Shown here: positions 7,939-19,939 of the stretch, piece after piece
How the letters are laid out: the number at the start of each line of letters is the position of its first letter
Numbering within the stretch: the stretch's first letter is position 1
Sequence record: MK327937.1
From: Escherichia phage vB_EcoM_G10400
Strand: one strand, 5' to 3'
Length of the DNA: 64,000 nt
Translations under genes and position numbers: made by a program
Notes under the pieces: generated by a model
Seen by the model: the letters and a program-made list of their open reading frames with translations, nothing else
Databases searched by the model: none
Told to the model about the DNA's origin: nothing

Positions 7939-8223
7939 TTACAAAAGATTTTTAGCAATAATTTTAAGCTGAGCTACTGAAATATGCTTGGCTTTAAACA
8001 AAGCAGTTTCTTCAGCAGGGGAGATAATGATTGTAGCACCATCTTTCTTAGCGGACCATCCATCACCCAGGTAAACAGTACCTTTAACTTCTTCGCCATC
8101 AACCAGGCTAATCATCGGTTTACCTTCACGTCCTTTGTTTGCTTTAATAACTTCAGAAGTAAGGGTCGCTTCAGTCAAAGTAGAAGCGTTAGTCGTTGAA
8201 GTGAATTCTTGATAAGTTTTCAT
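7939..8223 (-). CDS. ipI: internal protein I-like capsid-targeted protein
   Basis: 94-aa ORF starting MKTYQEF (T4 internal-protein capsid-targeting sequence) with an LTE/A candidate gp21 cleavage site; located next to 57B as ipI is in T4. Confidence 0.65.
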   Translation of the reverse strand: MKTYQEFTSTTNASTLTEATLTSEVIKANKGREGKPMISLVDGEEVKGTVYLGDGWSAKKDGATIIISPAEETALFKAKHISVAQLKIIAKNLL

Positions 8224-8295
8224 TTTATTTTCCTAATTAATTTTGATGAGGTAATAGTATCACTACCTCATCAGCATGTAAACAACTTTGTGAAA

Positions 8296-8992
<697 letters not shown>

Positions 8993-8993
<1 letters not shown>

Positions 8994-9718
8994 TATAGTA
9001 CCTTTAGTGTATTTTTAATTTTAGAAAAAAGTTCTTCAAGAGAACCATCGTTTGTAATTACTAAATCGCCATCACGAATTGGCAATCCAGCTTCTGTAAT
9101 ATGTGTATCATTGGATTTTTGACCAGGACGAACTACATGAATTACTGTAGCACCCATCGCCCTAGCCGCATCCATTTCATGATCTTGACGAGTATCAGGA
9201 ACGATATAATAATCATAACCTGAGTTAAATTTATCAAGATAATCTAAAGCAAATAATTTTACCCAGTACATGCGATCGAAGTTATTAACAATCAAATCCG
9301 TACCTAGGGCTTGCATCAGACGACGGACTGACCATTGATCTTCAATATTATTTATAACGTCAATAATCTTGTTAAATGCTACGGAATTAACTGATTCTTG
9401 TCCTTCGTCATCAAAAACAAACACACCTTTAATTGGGCTTTTACCATTAAGATAGCAAAATGCTTGTTCCATAATCGTGATTACTTCTGATTTAGTCAGA
9501 TTTAAATTAGTCTCACGATCATAGTCAATTCCTTCAAACTCTTTACGAGTTAAGCAAGGATAGTCAGTGTTTGCTGCAAATACTCCCCATGCATAAGCCA
9601 ATGCATCCTTAATAGGACCAGCAAGTTGGTATTTAACTGCAGAATAATTGCTCATGATAAAATCAGCAGTAGTATCTTTTCCACTACGCTTTACACCGCT
9701 TAAAAAGATTAGTTTCAT
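8993..9718 (-). CDS. 1: deoxynucleoside monophosphate kinase (gp1); start trimmed to MKLIFLSG
   Basis: P-loop GVKRSGKDT; 241 aa from the internal ATG (the track ORF extends 13 codons further upstream). Confidence 0.8.
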
Positions 9719-9767
9719 GTGTTTCTCCTCAAATTTAATTAAGATTATAACACACAAAACTGAAGCA

Positions 9768-10298
9768 TTAAACTTCTGCTATAATTTTTCCATCTTTTTC
9801 TACTTGAAAATAGGTGTAAGGAATCGTTGCAGTACATACTAAAGCCGGGTCTGAATCTTCCGTATAGCTAAATTCTACTTCAGATAGGTCAGAAACCCAA
9901 GGCTTATAAAAATTTATTGACATCACGATTTCAGTTTTGCTATTATCTAAGATGTAAAGCGTAATGTACTCAGGACCTGTTTTTTGGGCAGTATTTTCAC
10001 CTGTAAGATAGTTGCTAGTTCCTAGCATCCATTCATACATTCCTATCCATGACTTAAGTTCTTCATCAACTATAAATCTCACAATGAGTGGATCATACTC
10101 AAATGTAACACCTGGACGTTGTGCTCGGCCCAGTCCAAACGGCCCAGTCACGGTATCAGTAACAGGTATTCTAATTCCTGGAATAGGAACTGACTGAGCA
10201 TTTAAAGTAAAAGCAGATGTAGTATTACTATGTGGTATTGATACTACAAAGTTAGTTGTATTTGCTTGGTTAAAAATTTGTTGCAGAGCTTGCGACAT
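9768..10298 (-). CDS. 3: tail completion/sheath stabiliser gp3; start trimmed to MSQALQQIFNQ
   Basis: 176 aa from the internal ATG, matching T4 gp3 length; gene order 1-3-2-4. Confidence 0.75.
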   Translation of the reverse strand: MSQALQQIFNQANTTNFVVSIPHSNTTSAFTLNAQSVPIPGIRIPVTDTVTGPFGLGRAQRPGVTFEYDPLIVRFIVDEELKSWIGMYEWMLGTSNYLTGENTAQKTGPEYITLYILDNSKTEIVMSINFYKPWVSDLSEVEFSYTEDSDPALVCTATIPYTYFQVEKDGKIIAEV

Positions 10299-10404
10299 AT
10301 ATTCCTCATAATGCTTTATAACTGTTAGTGGTATAATGGGTCTAAGTCCCTTCCATTCAATTCCATTTAGAACAAACAACAGAAAAGAATGGAAGATAAT
10401 AGAA

Positions 10405-11229
10405 TTAGATATTTGACCAGACTTTGTTTGCAGAGAAACGTTTTCCTTTTGAAACGAACTGCTGAAGTGGCATCAACACAACGTTCGCCCAGTCTTTCGG
10501 GGCGATTTCAACAAGGCTACCCATAATATTACCAGGTATATATGCCTTAATCATTTGGTCTGCGCCCCTAAATCCTTTCACTTGACTCCAATCAATTTTT
10601 AATTTCGTTTTATTAGTAATAGTAGGTGTATTTGAATATTGCTTTAAAAGCTCTTCTAGAAATTGCTGACGAGCTTTAGGTGGAATATAGTGCAAGTTTA
10701 ATCCGTACATTAAATTGTGCTTACCTAAACCAAGGTAAATTATCAAAGGAAATTTATCCCAGTAAGGAAGAGTTTCCTTGTGTTTAGCATCATAAGCAAA
10801 AGCATATATTCGTCCCGGCTGCGGGCGAACAACTTTATGTCCTTTTACTTGCTTAATAGTTTCAGCAAACCATTTTCTGGTTTTATTATTAATTGCTGCG
10901 CCTTCATTACGAATTTTATCACGCAATGTTTGTCTGAATGAATTTATCATAAGCAGTTGTCTTTCTTGCTTATTGAGTTTATTCATTGGTTTTGATTCAA
11001 GCTTTTGAATCTTTTCAGCCGTTTTAATTCCTGAAGCATATTTTGACATTGCTGAAGTAAACGTAGAGTATTTGATTCCTCTTTCTTCAGCAAATTGCTT
11101 TCCTGTCATTCCTTTTGCTTTGGCCTTTTTATATTCAAGACCTATCTGAATCCATTTCTTTTCGTTTAATGATTGCTTAACCTTTGGAACTTGGGGAGTG
11201 CTTTCATTAATTATTTGAAAAATAGCCAT
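10405..11229 (-). CDS. 2: DNA end-protector protein gp2
   Basis: 274-aa basic protein; order and length match T4 gp2. Confidence 0.8.
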   Translation of the reverse strand: MAIFQIINESTPQVPKVKQSLNEKKWIQIGLEYKKAKAKGMTGKQFAEERGIKYSTFTSAMSKYASGIKTAEKIQKLESKPMNKLNKQERQLLMINSFRQTLRDKIRNEGAAINNKTRKWFAETIKQVKGHKVVRPQPGRIYAFAYDAKHKETLPYWDKFPLIIYLGLGKHNLMYGLNLHYIPPKARQQFLEELLKQYSNTPTITNKTKLKIDWSQVKGFRGADQMIKAYIPGNIMGSLVEIAPKDWANVVLMPLQQFVSKGKRFSANKVWSNI

Positions 11230-11681
11230 TATGCCCCCTTAAAGCCAAGAGCTCGTAATCCATCTTCTGTTAGAATTCTAAATTTTATTCCACGCTTTTC
11301 AGCTAAAGATTGTGCTGCTTTCCATTTGTCAGTGTTCACAGACCAGGTATAAATTTCATTCATAAATCTTTTCTTCGCTGCGGTTGTTAGATGTGCTGGT
11401 TTAACTGGTGGTTGTGTTTCTTTTTTAGGTTTTATTTCAATAAAAAATTCTTGTCCAGAAGAATCTTTCATCCAAATATCCATGAAGTATCTACGTTTTT
11501 TCCCTTCGGCATTACAAAAATAAGGAATTACTGCTGTTTCACTACCCCATGCAATAATTTCTGGATTTTTATCTAACCATTCAAAAAAGAATTTTTCCCA
11601 ATTTGATCTATACGTAATTTTTTTAGGGTCACCTCTATATTTTGATATATTTTTAGGAACCCATTTTCCAGAATATGCCAT
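11229..11681 (-). CDS. 4: head completion protein gp4
   Basis: 150-aa ORF; length and position match T4 gp4; divergent from gene 53. Confidence 0.8.
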   Translation of the reverse strand: MAYSGKWVPKNISKYRGDPKKITYRSNWEKFFFEWLDKNPEIIAWGSETAVIPYFCNAEGKKRRYFMDIWMKDSSGQEFFIEIKPKKETQPPVKPAHLTTAAKKRFMNEIYTWSVNTDKWKAAQSLAEKRGIKFRILTEDGLRALGFKGA

Positions 11682-11692
11682 TGGATTCTCCT

Positions 11693-11715
11693 TATAAATA
11701 GATAATATATTTATA
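11693..11715. promoter_or_regulatory. back-to-back late promoters (TATAAATA on plus at 11693-11700 for gene 53; on minus at 11708-11715 for gene 4)
   Basis: Exact TATAAATA octamers on both strands in the 47-bp divergent intergenic region. Confidence 0.6.
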
Positions 11716-11728
11716 AACAGGAGGGCCC

Positions 11729-12319
11729 ATGCTCTTTACATTTTTTGATCCGATTGAATATGCGGCCAAAACGGTGAATAAAAACGCGCCGACTATTCCT
11801 ATGACAGATATTTTTAGAAACTATAAAGACTATTTTAAACGCGCTCTTGCGGGATACCGCTTACGTACTTATTATATTAAAGGTTCACCACGCCCGGAAG
11901 AATTAGCAAATACTATATATGGAAATCCACAGTTGTATTGGGTTTTATTGATGTGTAATGATAATTATGACCCGTATTATGGATGGATTACTTCGCAAGA
12001 AGCTGCTTATCAGGCATCTATACAAAAATACAAAAACGTAGGTGGAGACCAAATAGTATATCATGTAAATGAGAACGGTGAAAAATTTTATAATTTAGTA
12101 TCATACGATGATAATCCATATGTTTGGTATGACAAAGGTGATAAAGCTAGAAAATATCCTCAATATGAAGGAGCACTTGCTGCTGTTAATACGTATGAAG
12201 CTGCTGTTCTTGAAAATGAAAAACTTCGTCAAATAAAAATAATAGCAAAATCAGACATCAATTCATTTATGAACGACCTTATACGTATAATGGAGAAATC
12301 TTATGGAAATGATAAGTAA
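11729..12319 (+). CDS. 53: baseplate wedge protein gp53
   Basis: 196-aa ORF directly upstream of gene 5; length matches T4 gp53. Confidence 0.8.
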   Translation: MLFTFFDPIEYAAKTVNKNAPTIPMTDIFRNYKDYFKRALAGYRLRTYYIKGSPRPEELANTIYGNPQLYWVLLMCNDNYDPYYGWITSQEAAYQASIQKYKNVGGDQIVYHVNENGEKFYNLVSYDDNPYVWYDKGDKARKYPQYEGALAAVNTYEAAVLENEKLRQIKIIAKSDINSFMNDLIRIMEKSYGNDK

Positions 12320-14030
12320 TAACCTTAATTGGTTTGTTGGTGTTGTTGAAGATAGAATGGACCCATTAAAATTAGGTCGTGTTCGTGTTCGTGTGGTTGG
12401 TCTGCATCCACCACAAAGAGCACAAGGTGATGTAATGGGTATTCCAACTGAAAAATTACCATGGATGTCAGTTATTCAACCTATAACTTCTGCAGCAATG
12501 TCTGGAATTGGAGGTTCCGTTACTGGACCGGTAGAAGGAACTAGAGTTTATGGTCATTTTTTGGACAAATGGAAAACTAACGGAATTGTTCTTGGCACGT
12601 ATGGTGGAATAGTTCGCGAAAAACCGAATAGACTTGAAGGATTTTCTGACCCGACTGGGCAATATCCTAGACGTTTAGGAAATGATACTAACGTACTAAA
12701 CCAAGGCGGAGAAGTAGGATATGATTCGTCTTCTAACATTATCCAAGATAGTAACTTAGACACCGCAATAAATCCCGATGATAGACCACTATCAGAGATT
12801 CCAACTGATGATAATCCAAATATGTCAATGGCTGAAATGCTTCGCCGTGATGAAGGATTAAGACTAAAAGTTTATTGGGATACAGAAGGATATCCGACAA
12901 TTGGTATTGGTCATCTTATCATGAAGCAGCCAGTTCGTGATATGACCCAAATTAATAAAGTTTTATCAAAACAAGTTGGTCGTGAAATTACCGGAAATCC
13001 AGGTTCTATTACAATGGAAGAAGCGGTAACTTTATTTGAACGCGATTTGGCTGATATGCAACGTGACATTAAATCACATTCTAAAGTAGGACCAGTCTGG
13101 CAAGCTGTCAACCGTTCTCGTCAAATGGCATTAGAAAATATGGCATTTCAGATGGGTGTTGGCGGTGTAGCTAAATTTAACACAATGTTAACTGCTATGT
13201 TAGCAGGAGATTGGGAAAAAGCATATAAAGCCGGTCGTGATTCATTGTGGTATCAACAAACAAAAGGCCGTGCATCCCGTGTTACCATGATTATTCTTAC
13301 GGGGAATTTGGAATCATATGGTGTTGAAGTGAAAACTCCAGCTAGGTCTTTGTCGGCAATGGCTGCTACTGTGGCGAAGTCTTCTGATCCAGCTGACCCT
13401 CCTATTCCAAATGACTCAAGAATTTTATTCAAAGAACCAGTTTCTTCATATAAAGGCGAATATCCTTATGTGCATACAATGGAAACTGAAAGTGGACATA
13501 TTCAGGAATTTGATGATACCCCTGGGCAAGAACGATATAGATTAGTTCATCCAACTGGAACTTATGAAGAAGTATCACCGTCAGGGAGAAGAACAAGAAA
13601 AACAGTTGATAATTTATATGATATAACCAACGCTGATGGTAATTTTTTGGTAGCCGGTGATAAAAAGACTAACGTCGGTGGTTCAGAAATTTATTATAAC
13701 ATGGATAATCGTCTTCACCAAATAGATGGAAGCAATACAATATTTGTACGTGGCGATGAAACTAAGACGGTTGAAGGTAATGGAACTATCCTAGTTAAAG
13801 GTAATGTTACTATTGTAGTTGAAGGTAATGCTGACATTACAGTTAAAGGAGATGCTACTACTTTAGTTGAAGGAAATCAGACTAATACAGTAAATGGAAA
13901 TCTTTCTTGGAAAGTTGCTGGGACAGTTGATTGGGACGTTGGTGGTGATTGGACAGAAAAAATGGCATCTATGAGTTCTATTTCATCTGGTCAATACACA
14001 ATTGATGGATCGAGGATTGACATTGGCTAA
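12303..14030 (+). CDS. 5: baseplate central spike gp5 with lysozyme domain
   Basis: 575 aa; internal T4-lysozyme-like segment AEMLRRDEGLRLKVYWDTEGYPTIGIGHL; C-terminal VEGN/VKGN beta-helix repeats. Confidence 0.9.
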   Translation: MEMISNNLNWFVGVVEDRMDPLKLGRVRVRVVGLHPPQRAQGDVMGIPTEKLPWMSVIQPITSAAMSGIGGSVTGPVEGTRVYGHFLDKWKTNGIVLGTYGGIVREKPNRLEGFSDPTGQYPRRLGNDTNVLNQGGEVGYDSSSNIIQDSNLDTAINPDDRPLSEIPTDDNPNMSMAEMLRRDEGLRLKVYWDTEGYPTIGIGHLIMKQPVRDMTQINKVLSKQVGREITGNPGSITMEEAVTLFERDLADMQRDIKSHSKVGPVWQAVNRSRQMALENMAFQMGVGGVAKFNTMLTAMLAGDWEKAYKAGRDSLWYQQTKGRASRVTMIILTGNLESYGVEVKTPARSLSAMAATVAKSSDPADPPIPNDSRILFKEPVSSYKGEYPYVHTMETESGHIQEFDDTPGQERYRLVHPTGTYEEVSPSGRRTRKTVDNLYDITNADGNFLVAGDKKTNVGGSEIYYNMDNRLHQIDGSNTIFVRGDETKTVEGNGTILVKGNVTIVVEGNADITVKGDATTLVEGNQTNTVNGNLSWKVAGTVDWDVGGDWTEKMASMSSISSGQYTIDGSRIDIG

Positions 14031-14559
14031 TATACTTCCAATGAGCGCTGATTTAGGAGAATCCATGGAAGGTTCTTCTATCGACGTCACCTTTACCGCT
14101 CAATTAGAAACAGGTGAAACGTTAGTATCTATAAATATAACTAGTTACGAAGAAACTCCTGGGGTTTTAGTAGAAGAAAATCGCTTATATGGAACATATG
14201 AATCTGTGTTTGGATTTGGAAATGACGCGTTGAAATATCGTTTAGGTGATGAATTTAAAACTGTTGCTTCATGGGAAGAACTTCCTACTGATTCTGATAC
14301 TCAGTTGTATTTGTGGAAAGCTCCTCAAAATCTCCAGAAGACATTCACTTACGAAGTAACATTAATATATGACTACCAAGAACAAAGTGAATCTGGAGGT
14401 TCTGGCAGTAATTCTAGGTCATCTTCTGATACTACTGAACCAACAGATCCTCCTGCTCCAGTAAGAAAAACTCTCGTTAAAAATTATACTAAAACTATAG
14501 TTGGAAATTGGAGTCGTTGGGCTAATAAATTAAGAAGCTATGTGTATGAGAGGTCATAG
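14002..14559 (+). CDS. gp5.1-like hypothetical protein (start uncertain; internal ATG at 14041 is possible)
   Basis: 185-aa ORF between genes 5 and 5.4. Confidence 0.5.
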
Positions 14560-14853
14560 ATGTCAGGATTAAGTTATGATAAATGTGTTACTGCTGGTCA
14601 TGAAGCATGGCCTCCAACAGTTGTGAATGCTACACAAAGTAAAGTATTCACTGGAGGAATTGCTGTTCTCGTAGCAGGTGATCCAATTACAGAACATACA
14701 GAAATTAAAAAGCCATATGAAACACATGGCGGAGTGACACAACCTAGAACTTCTAAGGTATATGTCACAGGAAAGAAAGCTGTTCAAATGGCTGATCCAA
14801 TATCATGCGGTGATACTGTGGCTCAGGCATCATCTAAAGTATTCATTAAATAG
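14560..14853 (+). CDS. 5.4: PAAR-repeat spike-tip protein gp5.4
   Basis: 97-aa ORF; length and position match T4 gp5.4. Confidence 0.75.
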
Positions 14854-14861
14854 GATTTAAA

Positions 14862-16844
14862 ATGGCAAATACCCCTGTAAATTATCAATTAACAAGAACA
14901 GCAAATGCTATTCCCGAGATATTCGTCGGGGGTACGTTTGCTGAAATAAAACAAAACCTCATTGAATGGCTTAATGGCCAAAATGAATTTTTGGATTATG
15001 ATTTTGAAGGCTCAAGATTAAACGTTCTGTGCGACCTTTTAGCTTATAATACATTGTACATTCAGCAGTTTGGTAATGCTGCTGTGTATGAAAGCTTTAT
15101 GCGTACTGCTAACTTACGAAGTTCAGTTGTTCAGGCTGCACAAGATAATGGATATTTACCTACTTCAAAATCCGCTGCACAGACCGAAATTATGTTAACA
15201 TGCACCGACGCATTGAATAGGAATTACATTACTATTCCTCGCGGAACTCGCTTTTTAGCATATGCAAAAGATACTTCTGTTAATCCATATAACTTCGTTT
15301 CTACCGAAGACGTTATTGCTATTCGTGATAAAAATAACCAATATTTTCCACGATTAAAATTAGCCCAGGGACGTATAGTAAGAACTGAAATCATTTATGA
15401 TAAATTAACACCTATTATCATTTATGACAAAAACATAGATAGAAACCAAGTTAAACTATACGTTGATGGAGCAGAATGGATTAACTGGACAAGAAAGTCA
15501 ATGGTTCATGCTGGTTCTACATCAACAATTTACTACATGCGTGAAACTATTGATGGAAACACTGAATTCTATTTTGGCGAAGGTGAAATTTCTGTTAATG
15601 CGGCAGAAGGAGCTCTAACTGCTAACTATATTGGAGGTCTTAAACCTACCCAGAACTCTACTATTGTTATTGAGTACATCAGTACTAACGGTGCAGATGC
15701 GAATGGTGCAGTCGGATTTTCATACGCAGATACATTAACAAATATAACTGTCATCAATATTAACGAAAATCCAAATGATGACCCAGATTTTGTTGGGGCA
15801 GATGGCGGTGGCGATCCAGAAGATATTGAGCGTATTCGCGAATTGGGTACTATTAAACGCGAAACCCAGCAACGCTGCGTAACTGCGACCGACTATGATA
15901 CATTCGTTTCAGAGAGATTTGGTTCTATTATTCAAGCTGTGCAGACTTTCACTGATTCTACTAAACCTGGGTATGCATTTATTGCTGCTAAACCTAAATC
16001 AGGACTATATTTAACTACTGTGCAACGTGAAGATATTAAAAATTATCTCAAAGACTATAATTTAGCGCCTATTACACCGTCAATTATTTCTCCTAATTAT
16101 CTTTTTATTAAGACTAATTTAAAAGTCACATATGCTTTAAATAAACTACAAGAATCCGAACAGTGGCTTGAAGGTCAAATAATTGATAAAATTGATCGCT
16201 ATTATACCGAAGATGTAGAAATTTTTAACTCATCTTTTGCCAAGTCTAAGATGTTAACTTACGTAGATGATGCAGATCATTCTATCATTGGTTCATCAGC
16301 GACTATTCAAATTGTTCGTGAAGTACAAAACTTCTATAAAACGCCTGAAGCAGGTATTAAATACAATAATCAAATAAAAGATCGTTCTATGGAATCTAAT
16401 ACGTTTTCATTTAATTCTGGACGAAAGGTTGTAAATCCTGATACTGGTTTAGAAGAAGATGTATTATATGACGTTCGTATAGTATCAACAGACCGAGATT
16501 CTAAAGGAATTGGTAAAGTTATTATTGGTCCATTTGTTTCTGGCGATGTTACAGAAAATGAAAACATTCAGCCGTATACGGGCAACGATTTTAACAAATT
16601 AGCAAATTCTGATGGACGCGACAAATACTATGTTATCGGTGAAATAAATTATCCAGCTGACATGATTTATTGGAATATCGCTAAAATTAATTTAACATCT
16701 GAAAAATTTGAAGTTCAGACTATTGAATTATATTCTGACCCAACTGATGATGTTATCTTTACTCGCGATGGTTCACTGATTGTATTTGAAAATGACTTAC
16801 GTCCACAATACTTAACTATCGATTTGGAGCCTATATCACAATGA
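14862..16844 (+). CDS. 6: baseplate wedge protein gp6
   Basis: 660 aa; length and order match T4. Confidence 0.85.
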   Translation: MANTPVNYQLTRTANAIPEIFVGGTFAEIKQNLIEWLNGQNEFLDYDFEGSRLNVLCDLLAYNTLYIQQFGNAAVYESFMRTANLRSSVVQAAQDNGYLPTSKSAAQTEIMLTCTDALNRNYITIPRGTRFLAYAKDTSVNPYNFVSTEDVIAIRDKNNQYFPRLKLAQGRIVRTEIIYDKLTPIIIYDKNIDRNQVKLYVDGAEWINWTRKSMVHAGSTSTIYYMRETIDGNTEFYFGEGEISVNAAEGALTANYIGGLKPTQNSTIVIEYISTNGADANGAVGFSYADTLTNITVININENPNDDPDFVGADGGGDPEDIERIRELGTIKRETQQRCVTATDYDTFVSERFGSIIQAVQTFTDSTKPGYAFIAAKPKSGLYLTTVQREDIKNYLKDYNLAPITPSIISPNYLFIKTNLKVTYALNKLQESEQWLEGQIIDKIDRYYTEDVEIFNSSFAKSKMLTYVDDADHSIIGSSATIQIVREVQNFYKTPEAGIKYNNQIKDRSMESNTFSFNSGRKVVNPDTGLEEDVLYDVRIVSTDRDSKGIGKVIIGPFVSGDVTENENIQPYTGNDFNKLANSDGRDKYYVIGEINYPADMIYWNIAKINLTSEKFEVQTIELYSDPTDDVIFTRDGSLIVFENDLRPQYLTIDLEPISQ

Positions 16845-19800
16845 CAGTAAAAGCACCTTCAGTCACTAGTCTCAGAATTTCCAAGTTATCCGCTAATCAG
16901 GTGCAAGTACGCTGGGATGACGTTGGTGCTAATTTCTACTACTTTGTAGAAATCGCTGAGACAAAATCAAACTCGGGAGAAAATCTCCCGAGTAATCAAT
17001 ATCGTTGGATTAATTTAGGATATACAGCAAATAATAGTTTCTTTTTTGATGATGCTGATCCACTGACATCATATGTTATTAGAGTAGCTACAGCTGCGCA
17101 AGATTTTGAGCAGTCTGATTGGATTTATACCGAAGAGTTTGAAACTTTTGCTACAAATGCTTATACATTTCAAAACATGATTGAAATGCAATTAGCCAAT
17201 AAATTCATTCAGGAAAAATTTACTCTTAATAATTCTGATTATGTTAATTTCAATAATGACACAATAATGGCTGCGTTGATGAATGAATCATTTCAGTTCA
17301 GCCCATCGTATGCTGATGTCTCATCAATCAGTAATTTTATTATTGGTGAAAACGAGTATCATGAAATACAAGGTTCTATTCAGCAAGTATGTAAGGATAT
17401 TAACCGAGTTTATTTGATGGAATCAGAAGGGATTCTATATCTTTTTGAGCGTTATCAACCTGTAGTTAAAGTATCCAATGATAAAGGACAAACCTGGAAA
17501 GCTGTAAAGCTCTTCAATGACCGTGTAGGATATCCTTTATCTAAGACTGTATATTACCAATCTGCAAACACAACATACGTTCTAGGATACGATAAGATTT
17601 TCTATGGCCGTAAATCGACTGACGTTAGATGGTCAGCAGATGATGTCAGATTCAGTTCACAGGATATAACATTTGCTAAATTAGGAGACCAACTTCATTT
17701 AGGATTCGATGTTGAAATCTTCGCTACTTATGCGACTTTACCAGCGAATGTATACCGTATAGCTGAAGCCATTACTTGTACGGATGATTATATCTATGTT
17801 GTTGCCAGAGATAAAGTTAGATATATAAAAACGAGTAATGCACCTATAGATTCTGACCCGTTATCACCAACATACTCGGAAAGACTTTTTGAACCTGATA
17901 CAATGACTATAACTGGAAATCCTAAAGCTGTATGCTATAAAATGGATTCTATTGGTGATAAAGTTTTTGCTCTTATTATTGGTGAAGTTGAAACATTAAA
18001 TGCCAATCCGAGAACTTCAAAAATAATTGATTCCGCTGATAAAGGAATATATGTTTTGAATCAAGACACGAAAACATGGAAAAGAGTTTTCGGTAATACC
18101 GAAGAAGAAAGAAGACGTATTCAACCTGGATACGCAAACATGTCAACTGATGGTAAATTAGTTTCTCTGTCTTCGAGTAATTTTAAATTTTTAAGTGATA
18201 ACGTTGTTAATGACCCTGAAACTGCTGCAAAATACCAGTTAATCGGTGCTGTCAAATATGAATTTCCTCGCGAATGGTTAGCTGATAAACATTATCATAT
18301 GATGGCGTTTATAGCGGATGAAAAATCTGATTGGGAGACTTTTACTCCTCAACCGATGAAATACTACGCAGAACCGTTCTTTAATTGGTCTAAAAAATCT
18401 AACACTCGTTGTTGGATAAACAACTCTGATAAAGCTGTTGTAGTTTATGCAGATTTGAAATACACCAAAGTTATTGAAAATATTCCAGAAACGTCACCAG
18501 ATAGATTAGTGCATGAATACTGGGATGATGGCGATTGCACTATAGTAATGCCAAATGTTAAATTCACTGGATTTAAAAAATACGCATCAGGAATGCTTTT
18601 TTATAAATCTTCTGGTGAAATAATTTCTTATTATGATTTTAACTATCGTGTGAGAGATACAGTAGAAATTATTTGGAAGCCGACTGAAGTATTTTTAAAA
18701 GCATTTTTACAAAACCAAGAGCGTGAAACTCCTTGGTCACCAGAAGAAGAACGTGGATTAGCTGACCCTGATTTAAGACCATTAATTGGCACAATGATGC
18801 CTGATTCTTATTTGTTACAAGATTCTAATTTTGAGGCATTTTGCGAAGCATATATTCAGTATCTTTCTGATGGATATGGAACTCAGTATAACAATTTACG
18901 AAATTTAATTCGTAACCAATATCCACGAGAAGAGCATGCGTGGGAATATTTATGGTCAGAAATATATAAAAGAAACATTTATTTAAATGCTGACAAACGC
19001 GATGCTGTTGCAAGATTTTTTGAATCACGTAGCTATGATTTTTATTCTACTAAAGGAATTGAAGCATCATATAAATTTCTTTTTAAAGTTCTTTATAATG
19101 AAGAAGTTGAAATTGAAATTGAATCGGGAGCAGGTACTGAATATGATGTAATCATTCAATCTGATTCTCTTACAGAAGATTTAGTAGGACAAACTATCTA
19201 TACTGCAACTGGAAGATGTAATGTTACTTATATAGAAAGAAGTTATTCTAATGGTAAATTGCAATGGACTGTGACTATACATAATCTTTTGGGGCGGTTA
19301 ATAGCAGGACAAGAAGTTAAAGCAGAAAGACTTCCGGGCTTTGAAGGTGAAATTATTCGTGGGGTTAAAGGAAAAGATTTGCTTCAAAATAATATAGACT
19401 ATATTAATAGAAGTAGATCATATTATGTAATGAAAATTAAATCCAATTTACCTTCTTCCCGCTGGAAATCTGACGTTATTCGTTTTGTTCACCCAGTAGG
19501 ATTTGGATTTATAGCAATCACGCTTTTAACTATGTTTATTAATGTCGGTTTAACTCTTAAACACACAGAGACAATAATTAATAAATATAAAAACTATAAA
19601 TGGGATTCTGGATTGCCTACTGAATATGCTGATAGAGTAGCTAAATTGACTCCAACTGGTGAAATTGAGCATGATTCGGTAACAGGCGAAGCAATTTATG
19701 AGCCTGGCCCAATGGCTGGTGTAGAATATCCTCTTCCTGATGACTATAATGCTGAAAATAACAATTCAATATTTCAAGGTCAATTGCCGTCTGAACGACG

Positions 19801-19939
19801 TAAATTAATGAGTCCTTTATTTGATGCATCTGGAACAACATTTGCGCAATTTAGAGATTTAGTTAATAAACGTCTAAAAGATAATATAGGAAATCCAAGA
19901 GACCCTGAAAATCCAACACAGGTTAAAATAGATGAATGA
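16841..19939 (+). CDS. 7: baseplate wedge protein gp7
   Basis: 1032 aa; length and order match T4. Confidence 0.85.
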   Translation: MTVKAPSVTSLRISKLSANQVQVRWDDVGANFYYFVEIAETKSNSGENLPSNQYRWINLGYTANNSFFFDDADPLTSYVIRVATAAQDFEQSDWIYTEEFETFATNAYTFQNMIEMQLANKFIQEKFTLNNSDYVNFNNDTIMAALMNESFQFSPSYADVSSISNFIIGENEYHEIQGSIQQVCKDINRVYLMESEGILYLFERYQPVVKVSNDKGQTWKAVKLFNDRVGYPLSKTVYYQSANTTYVLGYDKIFYGRKSTDVRWSADDVRFSSQDITFAKLGDQLHLGFDVEIFATYATLPANVYRIAEAITCTDDYIYVVARDKVRYIKTSNAPIDSDPLSPTYSERLFEPDTMTITGNPKAVCYKMDSIGDKVFALIIGEVETLNANPRTSKIIDSADKGIYVLNQDTKTWKRVFGNTEEERRRIQPGYANMSTDGKLVSLSSSNFKFLSDNVVNDPETAAKYQLIGAVKYEFPREWLADKHYHMMAFIADEKSDWETFTPQPMKYYAEPFFNWSKKSNTRCWINNSDKAVVVYADLKYTKVIENIPETSPDRLVHEYWDDGDCTIVMPNVKFTGFKKYASGMLFYKSSGEIISYYDFNYRVRDTVEIIWKPTEVFLKAFLQNQERETPWSPEEERGLADPDLRPLIGTMMPDSYLLQDSNFEAFCEAYIQYLSDGYGTQYNNLRNLIRNQYPREEHAWEYLWSEIYKRNIYLNADKRDAVARFFESRSYDFYSTKGIEASYKFLFKVLYNEEVEIEIESGAGTEYDVIIQSDSLTEDLVGQTIYTATGRCNVTYIERSYSNGKLQWTVTIHNLLGRLIAGQEVKAERLPGFEGEIIRGVKGKDLLQNNIDYINRSRSYYVMKIKSNLPSSRWKSDVIRFVHPVGFGFIAITLLTMFINVGLTLKHTETIINKYKNYKWDSGLPTEYADRVAKLTPTGEIEHDSVTGEAIYEPGPMAGVEYPLPDDYNAENNNSIFQGQLPSERRKLMSPLFDASGTTFAQFRDLVNKRLKDNIGNPRDPENPTQVKIDE

